A DNA stretch of 64,000 nt from Balanoglossus misakiensis (Eukaryota; Animalia; Hemichordata): positions 2,245,908-2,309,907 of the forward strand of contig CM082579.2 in NCBI GenBank assembly GCA_040954595.2, read 5' to 3'. Numbering within the stretch: the first letter of the stretch is position 1; each line of letters opens with the position of its first letter. Made by a program: the position numbers and the translations under genes. Below the pieces are notes generated by a model, which searched no databases, was not told the DNA's origin, and saw only the letters and a program-made list of their open reading frames with translations. Shown here piece after piece: positions 1-13,240 of the stretch.

Positions 1-3000
1 GCGAAAGGATCTTCTCTCTTGGGTTGAGATGCAAATGGATCATTCACTTGTTTTTGGAAAGGGTCTGGCTGATCCTGCGTAGAGAAAGGGTCTGCATTAT
101 TTTGTGTAAAGAAGGGGTCTGGTTTTGGTTGTGAAAAGGGGTCTGGCTGCTTTTGTGAGACAAACGCAGCCTGTGTTGGTGAGGCTCTTTGCTGTTGTTG
201 TTTTGTTGACATGGGAGCTGCAGTTGCTCCTGTTTTGTTCTCCGACTGTGTTGATGATTTCACAGTTTCCTCAACTTCCGGCCCGATTGTTGGTCTCAGC
301 ATGACGCCAAACATTCCACCTGCCGACGATGCAGAGATGTGTTGTGGAGGAGTGTGAGAACGAACAGGAGGGTGGTGGCCTGCCCCGGATAGACCGTCAG
401 GTTTCGCAGCCAATGGAGGTTTAGCTGCCACTGCTGGTTTAGCTGCAATTACAGGTGGCCCTGAACTTGTTCGGGTCTCCACAGTGGTCACCGCAACACT
501 CGGTTTAGCAGCTACAGGAGGGTGTGTTGCCGATATCCCACCTGCAGGGGGAGGAGACTGGGGTTTCTGAGCAATTGGTGGATGAAAGCTACTTGGTTTG
601 GTTGCCACCGGTGGGGGTGACACTGAGTGACTTGCCGTCACAGGAGATGGTGATTTTTGATTTCTTGATTGGTTTGGGTCCTGCGTTGGAGGCGGCTGTA
701 CTTGTAAATCTGTTGGCTTCGGTGAAATGGTTGGGGCAGGAGAAGGAGATCGGGCCTTAGCCGCTGTGCCTTTATCACCGGCTGTATCACTCTGCGCTCT
801 ACCTGCTGGCATAGGTGGCACTGGTGGAGGCACTTTAGATAGCTCCTGGTGTTCTGGGATGACCTTTGGCCTCTGGGGCAGCGGAGGTCCGACACTGGTC
901 ACAGCACCTGGCGGGGGTGTTGCACGTTTCTCCACCGCTGCCTCGTTACCGGGTGTTGCCTCGCTGGTTGGCGGTGTGGGACTCTCTGAAGAGCCACTGC
1001 TGATCGGAACACTGCTTGGTCTTGGTGGTGGAGTAGCGGCGCTGGTTGGGGGCACGTATGGGCGGCTGGGTCTGTTTGCTGGCACAGGTGGCGGGACATA
1101 GCGTCCCGATGGTCTGTTGGAAGGAATTGGTGGAGGTGTGGGCCCTGTTGCTGGAGATGCTCTACCACTTGAACTAGCTGATGCACGTCCACTCCCACCT
1201 GCTTGATTGTCATTGGTACTTGCTGAAGACTGAAAGAAACAACATGAATAATCCTTCAATTTCATGTATCCATTATTTACTGGCACCAAAATGAAAGTAT
1301 GTCAACCATGTGTTGAATCAAACATGCAGTAAAGAGTCTACGCATCTAATGAAACACTTAGACAGATATTTACCTCTTTCATTGACATCTCAGCTGCCGT
1401 TGGAGAAGTAACTGTTGCGTCAAAGAAGACAAAATGAAAATGATTTAGTATCACAATGTGACATAACAATCTGGATTCATATAAAAATCCTAATGGGGTC
1501 AATACCTGGTCTGCCTGGAGCTGGCGGTGGTGGTCTTCCAGGTCCTTCAAGTTTGGGTCGGTTGCTAGGCAATGGTGGGGGCACAGTCTCACTCTTGGGT
1601 GGCATGCCTGAAGACAGGGGCGCCGAGTGGTTGGTCACTTCACTCATGGGCCTGGCTGATATTATTGTGATTTCTGGACGACTGTAAATAAACAAATACA
1701 ATCAAATTAGAGTTAAAACAAACAAAACACATATGGTAACTATATAAATTATTCCATTTGATACAAATTGTAGCCTGGTTCAAAAATTATCTTTTCCCTC
1801 AAACTACTAACCACATGTATGGGTTTGGTTATTGATGGTATGAACTTACCCTCCCTTTAGTGGTGAAGTTGAAGGTGAGGCTTTAGGTGTTGATGATGGT
1901 GGAGGGGGTTTTGGTGGGGGTTGAGTTGTAGCAGGTCTTGGAGGTGTAGCTGTATCAAGACAATGCAGACAATGATTAACAAATAATGAGATAACAGTAT
2001 TTTGCAATGACATGTACAAATGGATCTTTTTTGTTTTATATAAACAGAATGGATTCATCAACTGATTTTGACTTTAACCTCAGTAGGTGTATTTCGGTTC
2101 ATGATAGAGAATGATTATTTCCCCAACTTTCCAATTATATTGATGGACAATGATTAGTTGAACAGTTTACTTACGGATTGGGTATTCATCTGTTGGACCA
2201 TCAGGTCTGGGATGGGAAAGGAAAGGAATGGTTTATGGATTTTATGAGACAACTGGCACAGAATGTTATAACACATGTCAGAAGAATGCCACAGTGAGTG
2301 GGAAAATATGTAGCTGAATGTAACCAACTTGTATGGCTGTGATCTGAAAATGACTGCACTGATGATTTCTTGAAAGTGCTTATGACCCCGAGTGATGGTA
2401 GAAGTTTTGGGGTAGGGTATGGAACATCCCAAACTATGTAATTAGGCATATCAGTGCAGGCATATAGATTCATGCACATGTACTTACCCTGTGTCAGGTT
2501 TAGGCAAAACAGGTGGTGGTGGTACTGCTGGTTGTGATGGTTGCAATATTGACGCTGGTCGTGGTGGTGGTTGGGTTATTGACATCGGCCGTGGTGGCGG
2601 GGTTGACGCTTGCTGTGGTTGGGTTATTGACGCTGGACGTGGCGGGGGAGATATTGACGCTTGCTGTGGTGGTTGGGTTATTGATGCTGGTCGTGGTGGG
2701 GGAGCTCCTGCCGAGGGCTGTGATATTGAAGCAGGTCGGGGTGGTGGAGATATTGATGAAGGGTGTGATGGTGGTGGAGATACTGAAGAGGCTGGCACAT
2801 CTCCATTTTCCAGTGTACTTTTTGAATCAGTGGTAGAACCTGAAAGTTGGAGCAAAGCTATTTATTTAAAAAGATATCATCACTTTGCTGTTCATTTTTC
2901 ATCTGTGGTAAAGTTAATGCATTAGGGGCGTAGCTATTTTTTTCTAAATTTGGTGATAGAAATTTTGCTGATGGCCAGTCTATTTGTGATGCTCAACATT

Positions 3001-3937
3001 ATACACAATCAATGGCCAAGGTGATACTGGTATGGAATATCAGTCATGAAACAGCTTCCTCACAACAACAAAGTTATTTTAAGTATATTGTGTGTGAGCA
3101 TAAATATGGTGTGACATACATTTGTACCAATGGTATTCAAGGCTATCAAGCTCACTACCAATTTTCCGTTGTTCAGTGAGTTGTATCCATATGATTATTG
3201 ATGACAAATTTTAAAGCAGATGTTGGTCATTCTGACAGAACAAAATTGCAGTCAGCCCTTTCAGATCAATAATAATTTTGCATAAAATAATCAATATAAT
3301 AACATAACCATTATACCATCCATTGGAATGTGAGTTTCACACAGTGAATGGATTACTACACAGACACATCTGGTGAATATTTAAGCTGATACTGGTGGGT
3401 ATCGGACGGTGTGGCGCCTATTAATACTATTCACAGGTATGGTCATGGTCACTGACCGCCGGAGTCAGAAAATGAGTGTCAGAGTGCCATGAACTGACAG
3501 GAACTACACAAATCAAGTGATGGATGTCAGAGGGCGTGTTTGACATTCAGTAGCTGGGCATACTGTTCAAGAAGACTTTATAGAACCCCACCAAAGATCT
3601 TTCGTGTACAAAAGTTGTCACTATAAAGATGGTCCTTGACGTTTACAAGTCCACCAGCCACTGAATGTCTCAACTTCTCACGAATCAGTCTGTCACCTGA
3701 CCGCTGACTGTACTGAAACGCCCAGAGAGACATCCGCGACTTGTCTGTCGGGCGATAAACGGAGGACAACAAACAGATCGAATACTTATTTGGCTAAAAG
3801 TGTCCTCGTGTTAGTCATACTGACTGAGATCAATAACGGAAAGCACTGTCTTACTCACTTGGAGTCGCTCCAGCTCGGATTATCGTTGGTCTTCGAGGCG
3901 GCGGCGGAGCGCCTTCCTGTGTTGTGTGTTCCGCCAT
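1..3937 (-). CDS. Proline-rich adaptor protein, N-terminal part; SH3D19 (EVE-1)-like, continues beyond the window start
   Basis: Phase-consistent GT-AG exons 3937-3859, 2839-2488, 2206-2175, 1949-1850, 1681-1506, 1411-1374, 1229-<1. Protein starts MAEHTTQEGAPPPPRRPTIIR, has many PxxP motifs, RPEITIISARP (resembles the recalled RPEITIVAAEP of SH3D19) and six DPF motifs. No SH3 domain lies inside the window, so the name is tentative while the gene itself is well supported. Confidence 0.7.
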
Positions 3938-5164
3938 TTTGATCTTTTCATTTATAACTAGGCATTTTCAAAACGTGGGTTCGTTCTCTGAATATATTTT
4001 CAATAGCGAAAACAGCCCAGAAAGGAAAACAGTAAAATAAACCTGTAACATTATTTTACGTTTCTGAAGTGTGAAATACTGCTGACCTATCACCGATCGT
4101 TTTTTTTAAATCATAAATTAAAAGTTTTCAGTACCAGCATACAACCGTTTGGGGGCGCTCTCAAGTGCTACTTACTGCCAAAGTGGTACTAAAATGTATA
4201 CGCAATATGCTTTGAAATTTTTAAGTTTTGGAAGAATTAGAGTTTATTGCCGAATCGCATGACATCTTAATATCCGAATAATAAAAATAACAACCCCTAG
4301 TGAACACAAAAAAGCACGAACAATGGGTCGAAAAGTTGGTGTCTCCAAACACAAATGCTGCTCGTGTCGGCATTTTGGAAATCTTTGGATTGACCGGTGG
4401 ATCATTCTTATGAGAAACGGAAGAGGATTCTTATATTTTTCTTACTAAGTAAATGGAATCAAGATATATGCAAGTGTGTGTTCAAATATACAAACAAAGG
4501 ATCATGGCAGATTTATTTATTGCTGTCAAGGATGGAATTCTCATTAGCAGATCACATAAGTTTTACAAACTCAAACGCAAGTGGAAAGAACAGAAACTGA
4601 CTGAATACAAATATCTGGAATAAAATCATCTTTGAAATTTCTCACCATGCTTTCAACATAGTTGCATAAAATCTCAATCTGAAAAATACAAATCAAACAC
4701 CTGTCAAATGAAATTTAAAGAACAATTTATCTTTACTATGCTCGGAATATGTATAATCACAAAGCAGTTCCATCATGATAAAAAATTATAAGGGCAGTTT
4801 GAGATTAAAAAAACAATCATCTTCATGTACTTTATAATGGTTGTGTTCATAAAAATGAATATGGTGATTTGTAATAAAGACTTCAGCTGCATTGGAATAA
4901 AGGAAAGGCTCATATGATAAAATGTAGACAACTTCAGAAAATGTCCACTTTTTGGTCGCTTAGCGTTTAATAATTTATATGGAACTTTGTCCAAGGTTAG
5001 TCATACCCGAAGTCAAACAAAATCTGAGAATTTTGTAACAAACATTTCTTATATTCACTTGGTATTATTAAATCAAATGAGGCTGAGATTTCCACGGAAG
5101 TAGAGTCTCAATTCTCCATACACCATGTAATTTACAAAGTCTTTTCTACAGGAAAAAAAGAAAT

Positions 5165-7338
5165 TCATCTCTTTTTGTACAGACAAGGTTTCAAGTCCAA
5201 CCCATATAGGCTGCTCCAATTTTCCGCCTTGCCAAATTTCTTGAACTCAAACAAGAAGAAATATTTACTGGACAGATCCTGGAGGATGAAAATAAAGAAA
5301 AGATTTGTTAATCATAGGATCTCAGGTTATTGATGTTATGGTCACGACCCTACCACTTGTCAGGTTGATATAGCCCATAAGGCCATGGTACCAGTTCCTG
5401 GCAGCTGATTTGGCTTCAGGTCATGACCTTAGTTGCAATGAATCATGTTGCAATGCTGTCCTACTTTGACTTGATACAGCAAAATACATCACACAATTTA
5501 CAACAGAACACAAAATGAGAAACACTATTTTATTAAATTCCGATAAGATTACCTTTGAGTGTAACATAAATCCAAGTCTTTTCAAAGCCCTGACAAAATT
5601 CTTCACACTGTCAAACCTGCTGGCAACTTCAGCTATTTTCAGTACTCCACTAAATAAGAAAACAAACATAATTGCTCAAGGTAAGTCCATCCTGACAAAA
5701 CTATGTAGTGTGAAACACACAGCCTTTAAGTCTAAATGTATGACCATCATGACTGAATGTGCAGTAAATGAACGTCATTTGTATAATTTATAACAGATGG
5801 CACAATATGAGTGTAAAAAATCACTCACCCCAGACACAGAATCCTGTTGGCCTCTGTCAAGAAATCCACCAGGTTTGTACCCATCAAAGACAAACAAAAC
5901 ACTACCACGTCAACACTGTCATCTTCTAAAGGAACCTGCAAGATATTGGCAACATCAACACACCTCACAAGACAAGTAGTAACACACACATGTAAAAGTA
6001 CATAAAGAGTAGGAAACAATTACTCACCTGAGCCATATCGCACTCTATCACATATTTGTTCATTGCCACCAGATCAAATGAAAACACTGTGTTTGGGACC
6101 GACTGTGCAATTTTGGCCTCACCACAACCAAAGTCTGCAATCACTGTTGTTGGTGGCCTGCAGACAAAATGAAAATGAGGTTAACAAACAGTGACCTCAC
6201 ATATTCTTATGATGACACCCTAGAAATGTATTTCCAGTGTAACAATGTACTGGATTATGCTGCAATGATTAACTTATTTGCTCAACATGATGAAGGACAC
6301 AATGTAGACAGCTGGCAGCTTCAAGGCAGAGAGTTTTAAAAATCACTGTAAACAACATCAATACTTTGTAGATGAAAAACATCAGAGGCTTTGAAGGGGA
6401 AATACGTCTGACACACATTATACTGAAATAGTTTCTCACATTTTCTTGATGTAACCAATGATCTTATCAACTGGATTAACAGGCCATTTGCTGACTTGCG
6501 ATGAATAACCCTGATGATAAACTGTGAATGCTTCTTTGTCTTTCCCAAGTGACTGCAGTGCTTCAGCCCCACTTGTTGTATACAACTGTTCATTGATGTA
6601 TCGGAATCTAGCCGCATTCAACTTGTCAACCATTTTGGCACGCAACTCCACAGACTTTTCATACTTGGTCTTGTGTTTTGGCACAACGTCCAAGTGTTTT
6701 ATTTTACTCAACATTGGTCCATCAGTCTCGTTTTCCTCCTCTGATTCTATTTTCTGTCTTTTTCTCTGTTGATTTCCCATCCCCTTGGTGACCACATTTT
6801 CTTCAGTTTGGGTTGACTCTCCCACCGAGTCAACTTTCTTTCTTTTCCTCTTCCGTTTTCTGGTCTCCTTGGCAACCCCATTTTCTTCCTTTTGACTTGG
6901 TTCCACTTCTGTTGCAACTTCCTTCTTTTTCCTCTTGCGCCTCCTCTTCTTCTTGGCAGTTCCATTTTCTTCTTTTGGACTTGATTCAACTGTTGGTGAT
7001 TCTGAGGGCTGACTAGTTGGTGTCTTCATTTTCTTTTTCCTTTTTCTTTTCCTCTTTCTCCCTGTTTTCACTTCTTTGCTGCTAGGACTCTCCGTTGCTT
7101 TGTGACCTGTATCTTGCTTAGTTCTTTTAACTGCTATCATATCCTCTGAGTGATTATCAGTACTGGATTTAAATCTTCTTTTCCTACAGTCTTTTGGCTC
7201 AGAACTTTTTGCGTTGTCATTATTCTTCCTTTCCTGTCCCTGTTGGTTATTTTTCTCTTTCTTCCTCCTTGCAAGAGATTTTCTTCTCTTTATCTTGCTC
7301 ACTTTCTTGCCCACACTCTCCTTCTCTGATACTTCCAT
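5165..7338 (-). CDS. RRP8: Ribosomal RNA-processing protein 8 (nucleomethylin, rRNA m1A methyltransferase)
   Basis: Exons approx. 7338-6440, 6158-6028, 5960-5829, 5648-5552, 5279-5165. Motifs [55 protein letters not shown] and C-terminal LKPCLYKKR-stop. Start codon is the first ATG after a splice acceptor at about 7346. Confidence 0.95.
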
Positions 7339-8213
7339 TGCACACCTGCAAAAGCACATTTGAACACCATGTTATCATATGTACACACGTGAACAATCGA
7401 CCAGAACCCACGCAGTGCACATTGCCAATGCCAGCTAGCAGCTGGGAAGTTCCTGCATCATGCATGCAGTCAAACACTATCGGCAACATTGCAGACACAA
7501 CCGAAATATGACGTAAACTGTTAGGAAATATTAAATGCGCTTATCGGAGTCTACGATCTACACCAGTAACTGTATTATTGAAAGTGCATGCACCGGGACC
7601 CCACGATTGATGACCCCTTCTTGCAAACCGACATGATTCATCTGATCGATTTCCGCATTCTCAAGTGTTGCATTATAATCACCTCATTCGAAAAAAGTAA
7701 TTAACTACTTAAAGCCTATTTAAAAATTATAAATATCATGATCCGATATTTCTCTTACTTGTTGTAAGTTTAGAATATCAAAATATAAAAAAACTGTATA
7801 ACGAGAAAAAATAGAGTGTGATTCGCGACAAACGAACACACATGTTATTAATACAAAGATGGTCAATCAGCTAGGAGTGCCATTTTTGGAATAACTCTCA
7901 TATTTACAGCTCAGTAAGGTCGTAGTTTTCGATTTTCAGCGCTTTAAAAGACGGTGTCATTTTCTGATAGTTGCATCTCTCTTAGTTTCGTAACCACAAA
8001 CTTTCTTCGCTGCTCTAATTTATTAGTCATGGATTGTGTTCGGCGCTGATGAGGTCAAGCACTGCAGAACTTCACAAAGTTTACATCCCTCCGTCCAGTG
8101 CTGAGTGTACGTTTGCGTTGAAAGAGGACTACTGTCACTTTCGTCGACCGAGAAGACCCTTTGTAGACTTCTTGAATTTTGGAGACAGTTCGTGATAAAG
8201 AGTAACATACAGT
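7339..8213. promoter_or_regulatory. Bidirectional promoter region and 5' UTRs between RRP8 and ILK
   Basis: Divergent ATGs 876 bp apart; locally CpG-richer; YY1-like GCCATTTT at about 7879. Confidence 0.6.
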
Positions 8214-11200
8214 ATGGATGACATATTTTCTCAAGTTCGGGAGGGAAACACAATGTACGTCCGCCAATGGCTTGAAAATATTGAAAATGACCTGAATCAA
8301 GGGTGAGTATATTCTTGACTGTCATCTTTCATACAAGCAAGGAAAGAATTTATTGCGCTTAAGACTGATTTCTGATCAAAAAGCAAATCTTTGCACTTGT
8401 CAGACACTACACCATTTCTTTCCGGTGACTTGCTGTAGGCTGGTATCGTTTGATCTCCAAAGGAAGCAATCGAACCCAGACTACAGAATGATTGAAACAT
8501 GAATGTGGGGGTGTGGCACTCCCAAGGAAAGTGTAATATCCCCATCACTTGATGTAAACAGTTCCATAAAGGGAATCCTTGCCACCCATGGCATAAACAT
8601 AAAGACATCTGATCTTCTGGGGGAAGGAAGTCCAGTATTTTGCCTTTTATTTATAAGTTTATCCACTTTTAATTGTTTTAAACATTGTAATTGTCCTTTT
8701 AAATGTTTTCTGATCCTAATTTACATAATTATACAGTGTGTATTAATGCACTCAGCCTCTCGATTGATTGAGTGATTGATTGATTTCATTAGAATTGATT
8801 TATTGACAGTTGTTTACCTTGTCATATACTTCAATCACAATCCTTACTGACCCCAAGTCAATAATTACTGATACCGGTAGCTATTTTTTTGTATTTACAG
8901 AGATGACCATGGTTTTAGCTTGTTACACTGGGCTTCTATGGAAGGCAGAATTCACATTGTTGAAATGTTGATACAAAGAGGTGCCAAAATCAACATCACA
9001 AATATGGGTGATGATATTGCATTACATTTGGCTGCTAGCCATGGCTACAGGGATATTCTTCTAAAGGTAAGGCTTAAATTTAGATCATCGGTTCAGTACC
9101 TTTTAATATACTGTTCTGCACTCTCAGGAATTGCTAGTGTGTTGGTCGTAAGCAATCTACATGTAATTATATATAATATGACAATTTGTTTGGCAATTTA
9201 AATAGTACACCAAAAGTCTGTATTTTCAATGATTCAACTCTCAGCTCTACCATTCTGATATTGTATTAGATTAAACTGTGATTTATTTTATTTCAGTTGC
9301 TGCAGCACAAAGCCAACATAAATGCTCAAAATGAGCATGGCAACACACCTCTTCATTATGCATGTTTCTGGTCACACTTCCACATAGCAGAGGTAAGATC
9401 ATTCCCCCAAGGGGCATATTCTCACTCACAGCAGTAATTTACGTGGTCACTCCCAGCCACTTAAATTTTCATGCTATTTCCTTTCAGTTTACTTCAAGTC
9501 AAGAAAGCAGGCCAGACTCTGTCAGCCTACTGAACATTGATTCATGCATGGCCTCTAAACTTTGACCCCAGCATCCCCATGTGTATCATGGTACATGTAG
9601 ATATGTTACATTCTAAAACATGGCGATAAAATGTTAAAGACTTTTTTCGTCATTTATGACTGTCTGCAGTATCGAAAACAACTGGCAAAAACTCTTATCT
9701 CAAGATTTTGACCTAACAGATCACCCTTTGTTAGGGCACCGAAATAAATAGCTATTTTACTTTCACTCATTGTGTTACTTGCGTTCCCATGATTAAATGA
9801 CAATTTTATGAGAGTCCACTGTGAGCTTTGAAAGTCTCAGTGACCTTCAATGCCACTATGGGGGATGGGGATAATTGGTAAATGTCAAATACCATTTAGT
9901 ATTTTAGCCGGCAAGATACAGCAAATCTGGGAATCAATAGCTGCCTTACTTTTGGTGATCGGGTGGCAAAGTAGCCATTTGATTTAAATAAGAATTTAAA
10001 GAGAGACCAGTGGTTTGATTTTACTGGTGCTGTGTTCTTGTGTACTATAAGGACTTGAAGGTCACAGGAGGTCAGCTTAACTGGAGAGACCATCTCATGT
10101 TACAGTTGAATTCACTCAACATCGGTGGAAGTTTGGCTCTGGTATTTAAAAGCTGTCTTGGGATTTGCTGAGATTACTAAAACCTGTCGGACGTCACATC
10201 ATAATTGTCACTCTCATACTGAATATATTTTGCCCCACACCCATGTACCAGGAGACATGATATCAGAATGAAAGTCTGGGTGACATTAGTGAAGCTTGAA
10301 GTGGCCCATTCCTGTAAATGTATCCAAACACTGCCTCAACGTTGATGATAAATTGTCTTGGTGACCTGATCAGTGTGCGGTTTAACCCCAGAGTTGACCT
10401 CAGCATACTGAATTTCCCCAGGATTAGTTTTCATTAAAAGTTCTGAGGGTTTATTGTTTCTCAACAGAGGAAGAAAAAAATCTGTTTATTGAGGAAATCT
10501 GTTTGTCTTCATTAGAGTCTTAAGGTTCAGTGCAGTTGTTCTTTCGGTCAATACTTGTAGTTGTTGGCCGTTGGACCGTGATTTATTTGGAAGTTTAATT
10601 CACAGCTGTTGTGTGTTTGACTTCTATAAACTTCAAGGGACATCTGTGTTATGCATTAATGAGCGTATGAAGTGATACAATGACACTAGCATAGTTACAT
10701 GGATTTAGACAGGAATTTCTTAAAGTTTCTGTGTTGGCACAGTCAGAAGAATTCATTTCTGGGAGGTAACATGTACACAAAATTTATATGTGTGTGTCAT
10801 ATTTTGCATTCTCTCCACAGGAACTTGTCAACAATGGTGCATTGATTTCCATAGAAAACAGATATGGTGAAACGCCTCTTGACAACGCCAAACCAGATCT
10901 AGTTAGAATTTTGCAAGGTAACATGATAGTCTCATGACCGCTTTTTGAAGTGTGACAGCTTTTCCATTTCGTATTTTAGCATAATTAGAGCTATCCAGAT
11001 AGAGATATTGGTCATTCCTGTCATGCGATGCTGTTAATGCAATGATTTATGAGTTATATGTGATGCATAGATAATATTCATGTTAAATGTATTGTAATTA
11101 TGCATGGCATGCTGAGAATGAGTCAAATTGTTTATTTTGGAAAAAATGAGTCATATCATCAAGTAGTATATCATGAGGAGAGTAATGGGACAATTCATCA

Positions 11201-13240
11201 AAGCTGAAGATTTATGAATGTCACTAAACTGGTGCTCTGTGAGGCACTATTGTAGGGTTTTGAAATCTGACTTGTGCTTTGGTTTGGTTGTTGTTTTCAG
11301 ACAGAGCAGCAGCACTTGGGCAAGATCTGACCAGGATACCGTACCGAGAAAACAACTGGAGAGGAACTAAGACTAGAAGTAGTAAGTTGATATACTCAAC
11401 CGTACTGGCTACTTGTTGTGACTTCTCAAACACTACTTTCTTCACTTTATTGACAAGTGGTATTTCATACTGACTGTTAAATGTCAGCCAAGTTGACTGT
11501 GAACAGGTCAGGGGTCAGAGGACACTCAATGTGACGTAATATTTGGATATTTTCTTGCTTACAGGGGATGGCACTTTGTCCAGACATTCTGGTATTGATT
11601 ACAAGGAGATCAAATTTGGAAATAAAATCAGCACCAGCCACAATGGAGAGGTAAATCAACATTTATTTCTGATGGCTTTGTGGGGTCAGTGAGCTTGATT
11701 GTGTCATTAACATTCATCTTCTGTTCTGTTTATTCCATTTCTCCCCGCTATTCCTAAAAAAACGCCAGCTGTGGAAGGGCATGTGGCAGGGCACAGAGGT
11801 GATGGCAAAGGTGCTGAAACAGCAGATGACACCCAGGATACCGAGGGAATTCCAGGAGGAGTTCCCAAGACTCCGGATATTCTCCCACCCAAATATTCTT
11901 CCAGTGCTGGGATGCGTCAACCAACCACCCAACCTTGTTGTGCTGAATGAGTACATGCCTTTTGGATCTTTGTTCAATGTGCTACATAAAGGAGCAGGTA
12001 GGAATATTGGTTCTCGGAGGTCGGGGACGGGGGTTAGCAGAGAGAAAAAATGGTTTGTGATTTTTGACAAAGTCGTTGTGTAGCGAATGGGCATAACTTC
12101 CTTTTCTGAGAATTGGAAAACATTTGTAGGACAAGTAACAGAAAGAATACATATTTGCCCAGACCAGTACGGAGAAAGAAATCATTGTGTTCCTGTGTAT
12201 TTTACAGGTATTGTTGTGGACCAGGCACAAGCCATCAACTTTGCTATCGACATTGCACGCGGCATGCAGTTCTTGCACAATTTGGAGCCAATGATTCCTA
12301 GGATGTATCTGAGCAGCAAAATTATCATGGTGAGTTGCAGCATTTGCCTTGTGTGCTCACGAATGATAGGAGCTGCTCCATTCTACAGTAGTTCCAGTTG
12401 TTATCATTGGTTGTGCTCCTTGTAGTCCACCAATCATAGTTGCTGTACCTTTGCACTAAGATTTCAGTGAATACAAGTCTTGTTTTGTTTACCCACAGAT
12501 TGATGAAGACTTGTCAGCCAGGATAAGTATGGCAGATTACAAGTTTTCATTTCAGAACCGTGGTAAAGTCTTCAATGCTGCTTGGATGGCACCTGAAGGT
12601 AAGAAGGTTTTTTTCAACAAGTTTTGGTTTTTATAAACCTACACTAGAGTGTATGGTGCAGGGTTGAACAGCGTGAGCTTTGAATTTTCGGTAAAGTCAG
12701 TGCCAAGTCTGTTGAGAACAGTCAGTATATTGACCAAAATTGTGTTGTTGTAACAGCTTTGCAGAGATGGCCTGATGAGATGAATGTGAGGGCAGCAGAC
12801 ATGTGGAGCTTTGCTGTCTTGCTTTGGGAACTGTCCACCAGAGATGTGCCGTTTGCTGGAATGTCAAACATGGAAATCGGCATGAAGGTAAATTAATTCA
12901 GAATTTGATCAGTGTCTTCCATTAAAAGTGTGAAACAGGTGTTCGCATAGTTTGGTTGGCACGATTACAATTTAATCCTCAGAACAAGATGGTGTCTAAT
13001 GAATTATGTGCTCTTGAGACATTGAGATGGTCTCAAAAATCTGGTAATTACAAAAATCCTTTATTTGTTCATACCATTGTACTTTTGCAGGTTGTATGTG
13101 AAGGTCTGAGAGTGGTCATTCCACCTGGTATTTCGCCCCACCTGGCCAAACTCATCAGAATCTGTATGAATGAAGACCCAGCTAAGAGGCCTAAATTTGA
13201 CATGATACTTCCTATCTTAGAGAAGATGAAGAATGCGTAA
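8214..13240 (+). CDS. ILK: Integrin-linked kinase (ankyrin repeats plus pseudokinase)
   Basis: 11 exons approx. 8214-8302, 8901-9066, 9297-9392, 10821-10917, 11301-11381, 11565-11650, 11769-11997, 12209-12329, 12499-12598, 12758-12888, 13091-13240. MDDIF..VREGN start, [60 protein letters not shown]...[22 protein letters not shown]. Confidence 0.98.

Noticed and set aside
524-2925. Gly-rich plus-strand ORFs
   Set aside because: Antisense shadows of the proline-rich minus-strand exons.
10341-10412. C/D-box snoRNA in ILK intron 3 (TGATGA...CTGA)
   Set aside because: No terminal stem and no recognisable antisense guide.
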